From the NCBI GenBank assembly GCA_963727445.1, contig CAVSGI010000013.1:416001-480000 (forward strand): 64,000 nt of DNA. The letters are read 5' to 3'. Shown here one piece after another: positions 63,290-64,000 of the stretch. The DNA comes from an uncultured delta proteobacterium. GTDB taxonomy: Bacteria; Myxococcota_A; Polyangia; Polyangiales; B10-G4. The position numbers and the translations under genes were made by a program. Position 1 is the stretch's first letter. Every line of letters starts with the position of its first letter. The notes under the pieces are model-generated. The model ran no database searches. It had not been told where the DNA came from and saw nothing but the letters and a program-made list of their open reading frames with translations.

Positions 63290-64000
63290 ATGACGAGGCC
63301 CAAACCCCCAACTTACCCACCCGGCCTCTACGACCTCCCCATCTCCCGCGCCCTCGACGCGACCCTCAGCGCCCTCCCCGCATCGCTCCGCGCCGAGCTC
63401 GAAGATCTCGACCCGCACGAAGCGCCCGAAGCGCTCGCCCGCGTCCTCCACGCGCGCATCGTCAACGCGCTCGCGGCGCTGCCCGGCGCCGGCAAGCCGG
63501 ACGAGAAGCTCGCCCATCAGCTCGCCGTCACCAACAACGTCCTCGCGCTCCTGCGCGACGTCGTCCCCAAGACAGTCCTCGCCGACGACGACCTCGCGCC
63601 GCCGGCGCGTCGCCTGCTCGCGCTCAGCCCGACGCCCGCGAACAACCTCGCCGCGCCATCTACCACATCCCCCGCCTCCACGACCTCACCCCCACGCCCC
63701 TCCATCCCCCTCGCCACGAGCGATCTGCTCGTCAACGGTCGCCACGACCTCAGCCTTGGCCCCGAGGTCATCAAAGAGATCGCGTCCGCCGATCGCGTCG
63801 ACCTGCTCTGCTCCTTCCTCAAGTTCAGCGGGCTGCGCATCGTGCGCGCGGCCATCGACGCGCTCCTCGCCGCGGCCGAACGCGCGCCTGCGCATCCTCA
63901 CCACCGCCTACATGGGCGCGACCGACCGCCGCGCGCTCGACGTGCTCGCGAACATGAAGAACGCCGAGGTCCGCGTCTCCTACGACACGCGCGCACGCGC
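63290..64000 (+). CDS. N-terminus of a PLD-SF2 helicase (DUF3427-type), runs off the right edge; frameshift near 63880
   Basis: Manual translation GLY..I, RP.IPL..SDLLVN, EIASADRVDLLCSFLKFSG, ILTTAYMGATDRRALD.L, VRVSYD. Confidence 0.85.
   Translation, partial: MTRPKPPTYPPGLYDLPISRALDATLSALPASLRAELEDLDPHEAPEALARVLHARIVNALAALPGAGKPDEKLAHQLAVTNNVLALLRDVVPKTVLADDDLAPPARRLLALSPTPANNLAAPSTTSPASTTSPPRPSIPLATSDLLVNGRHDLSLGPEVIKEIASADRVDLLCSFLKFSGLRIVRAAIDALLAAAERAPAHPHHRLHGRDRPPRARRAREHEERRGPRLLRHARTR

Overview
Very GC-rich bacterial DNA. Gene content (MYXO-CTERM tails, vWA and RCC1 lipoproteins, Ser/Thr kinases, an FHA sigma54 activator) points to Myxococcota, probably Polyangiales; this is inference. 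I found about 60 CDS or remnants and no rRNA, tRNA or CRISPR array. All family names come from motif recognition, not database searches. Best candidate for an undescribed system: a 12.5-kb envelope redox locus (38.7-51.2 kb). It holds a ~1000-aa lipoprotein cytochrome with 10 CxxCH + 1 CX4CH motifs, a DUF3570-type barrel, two more outer-membrane barrels (one Omp85-like), an exported kinase-fold lipoprotein, divergent TlpA + DUF4266-like genes behind a sigma54-type promoter, three further single-heme-motif exported proteins and a small Cys-Pro-repeat protein. It has no ApbE gene and no quinol oxidoreductase. Second: a defence-island operon at the right end (HIT, HNH, PLD nuclease, orphan antitoxin, PLD-helicase start), preceded by a zone of gene remnants in which two segments are bracketed by the same pair of DNA motifs. 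Also present: a RAYT transposase flanked by inverted REP arrays, two other intergenic repeat families, a diverged duplicate of the relA 3' end, two lipoproteins sharing an N-terminal module with swapped C-terminal domains, and a catalytically dead trypsin. Many frameshifts, densest at 26.5-31.2 kb, look like consensus errors, so pseudogene calls are tentative.
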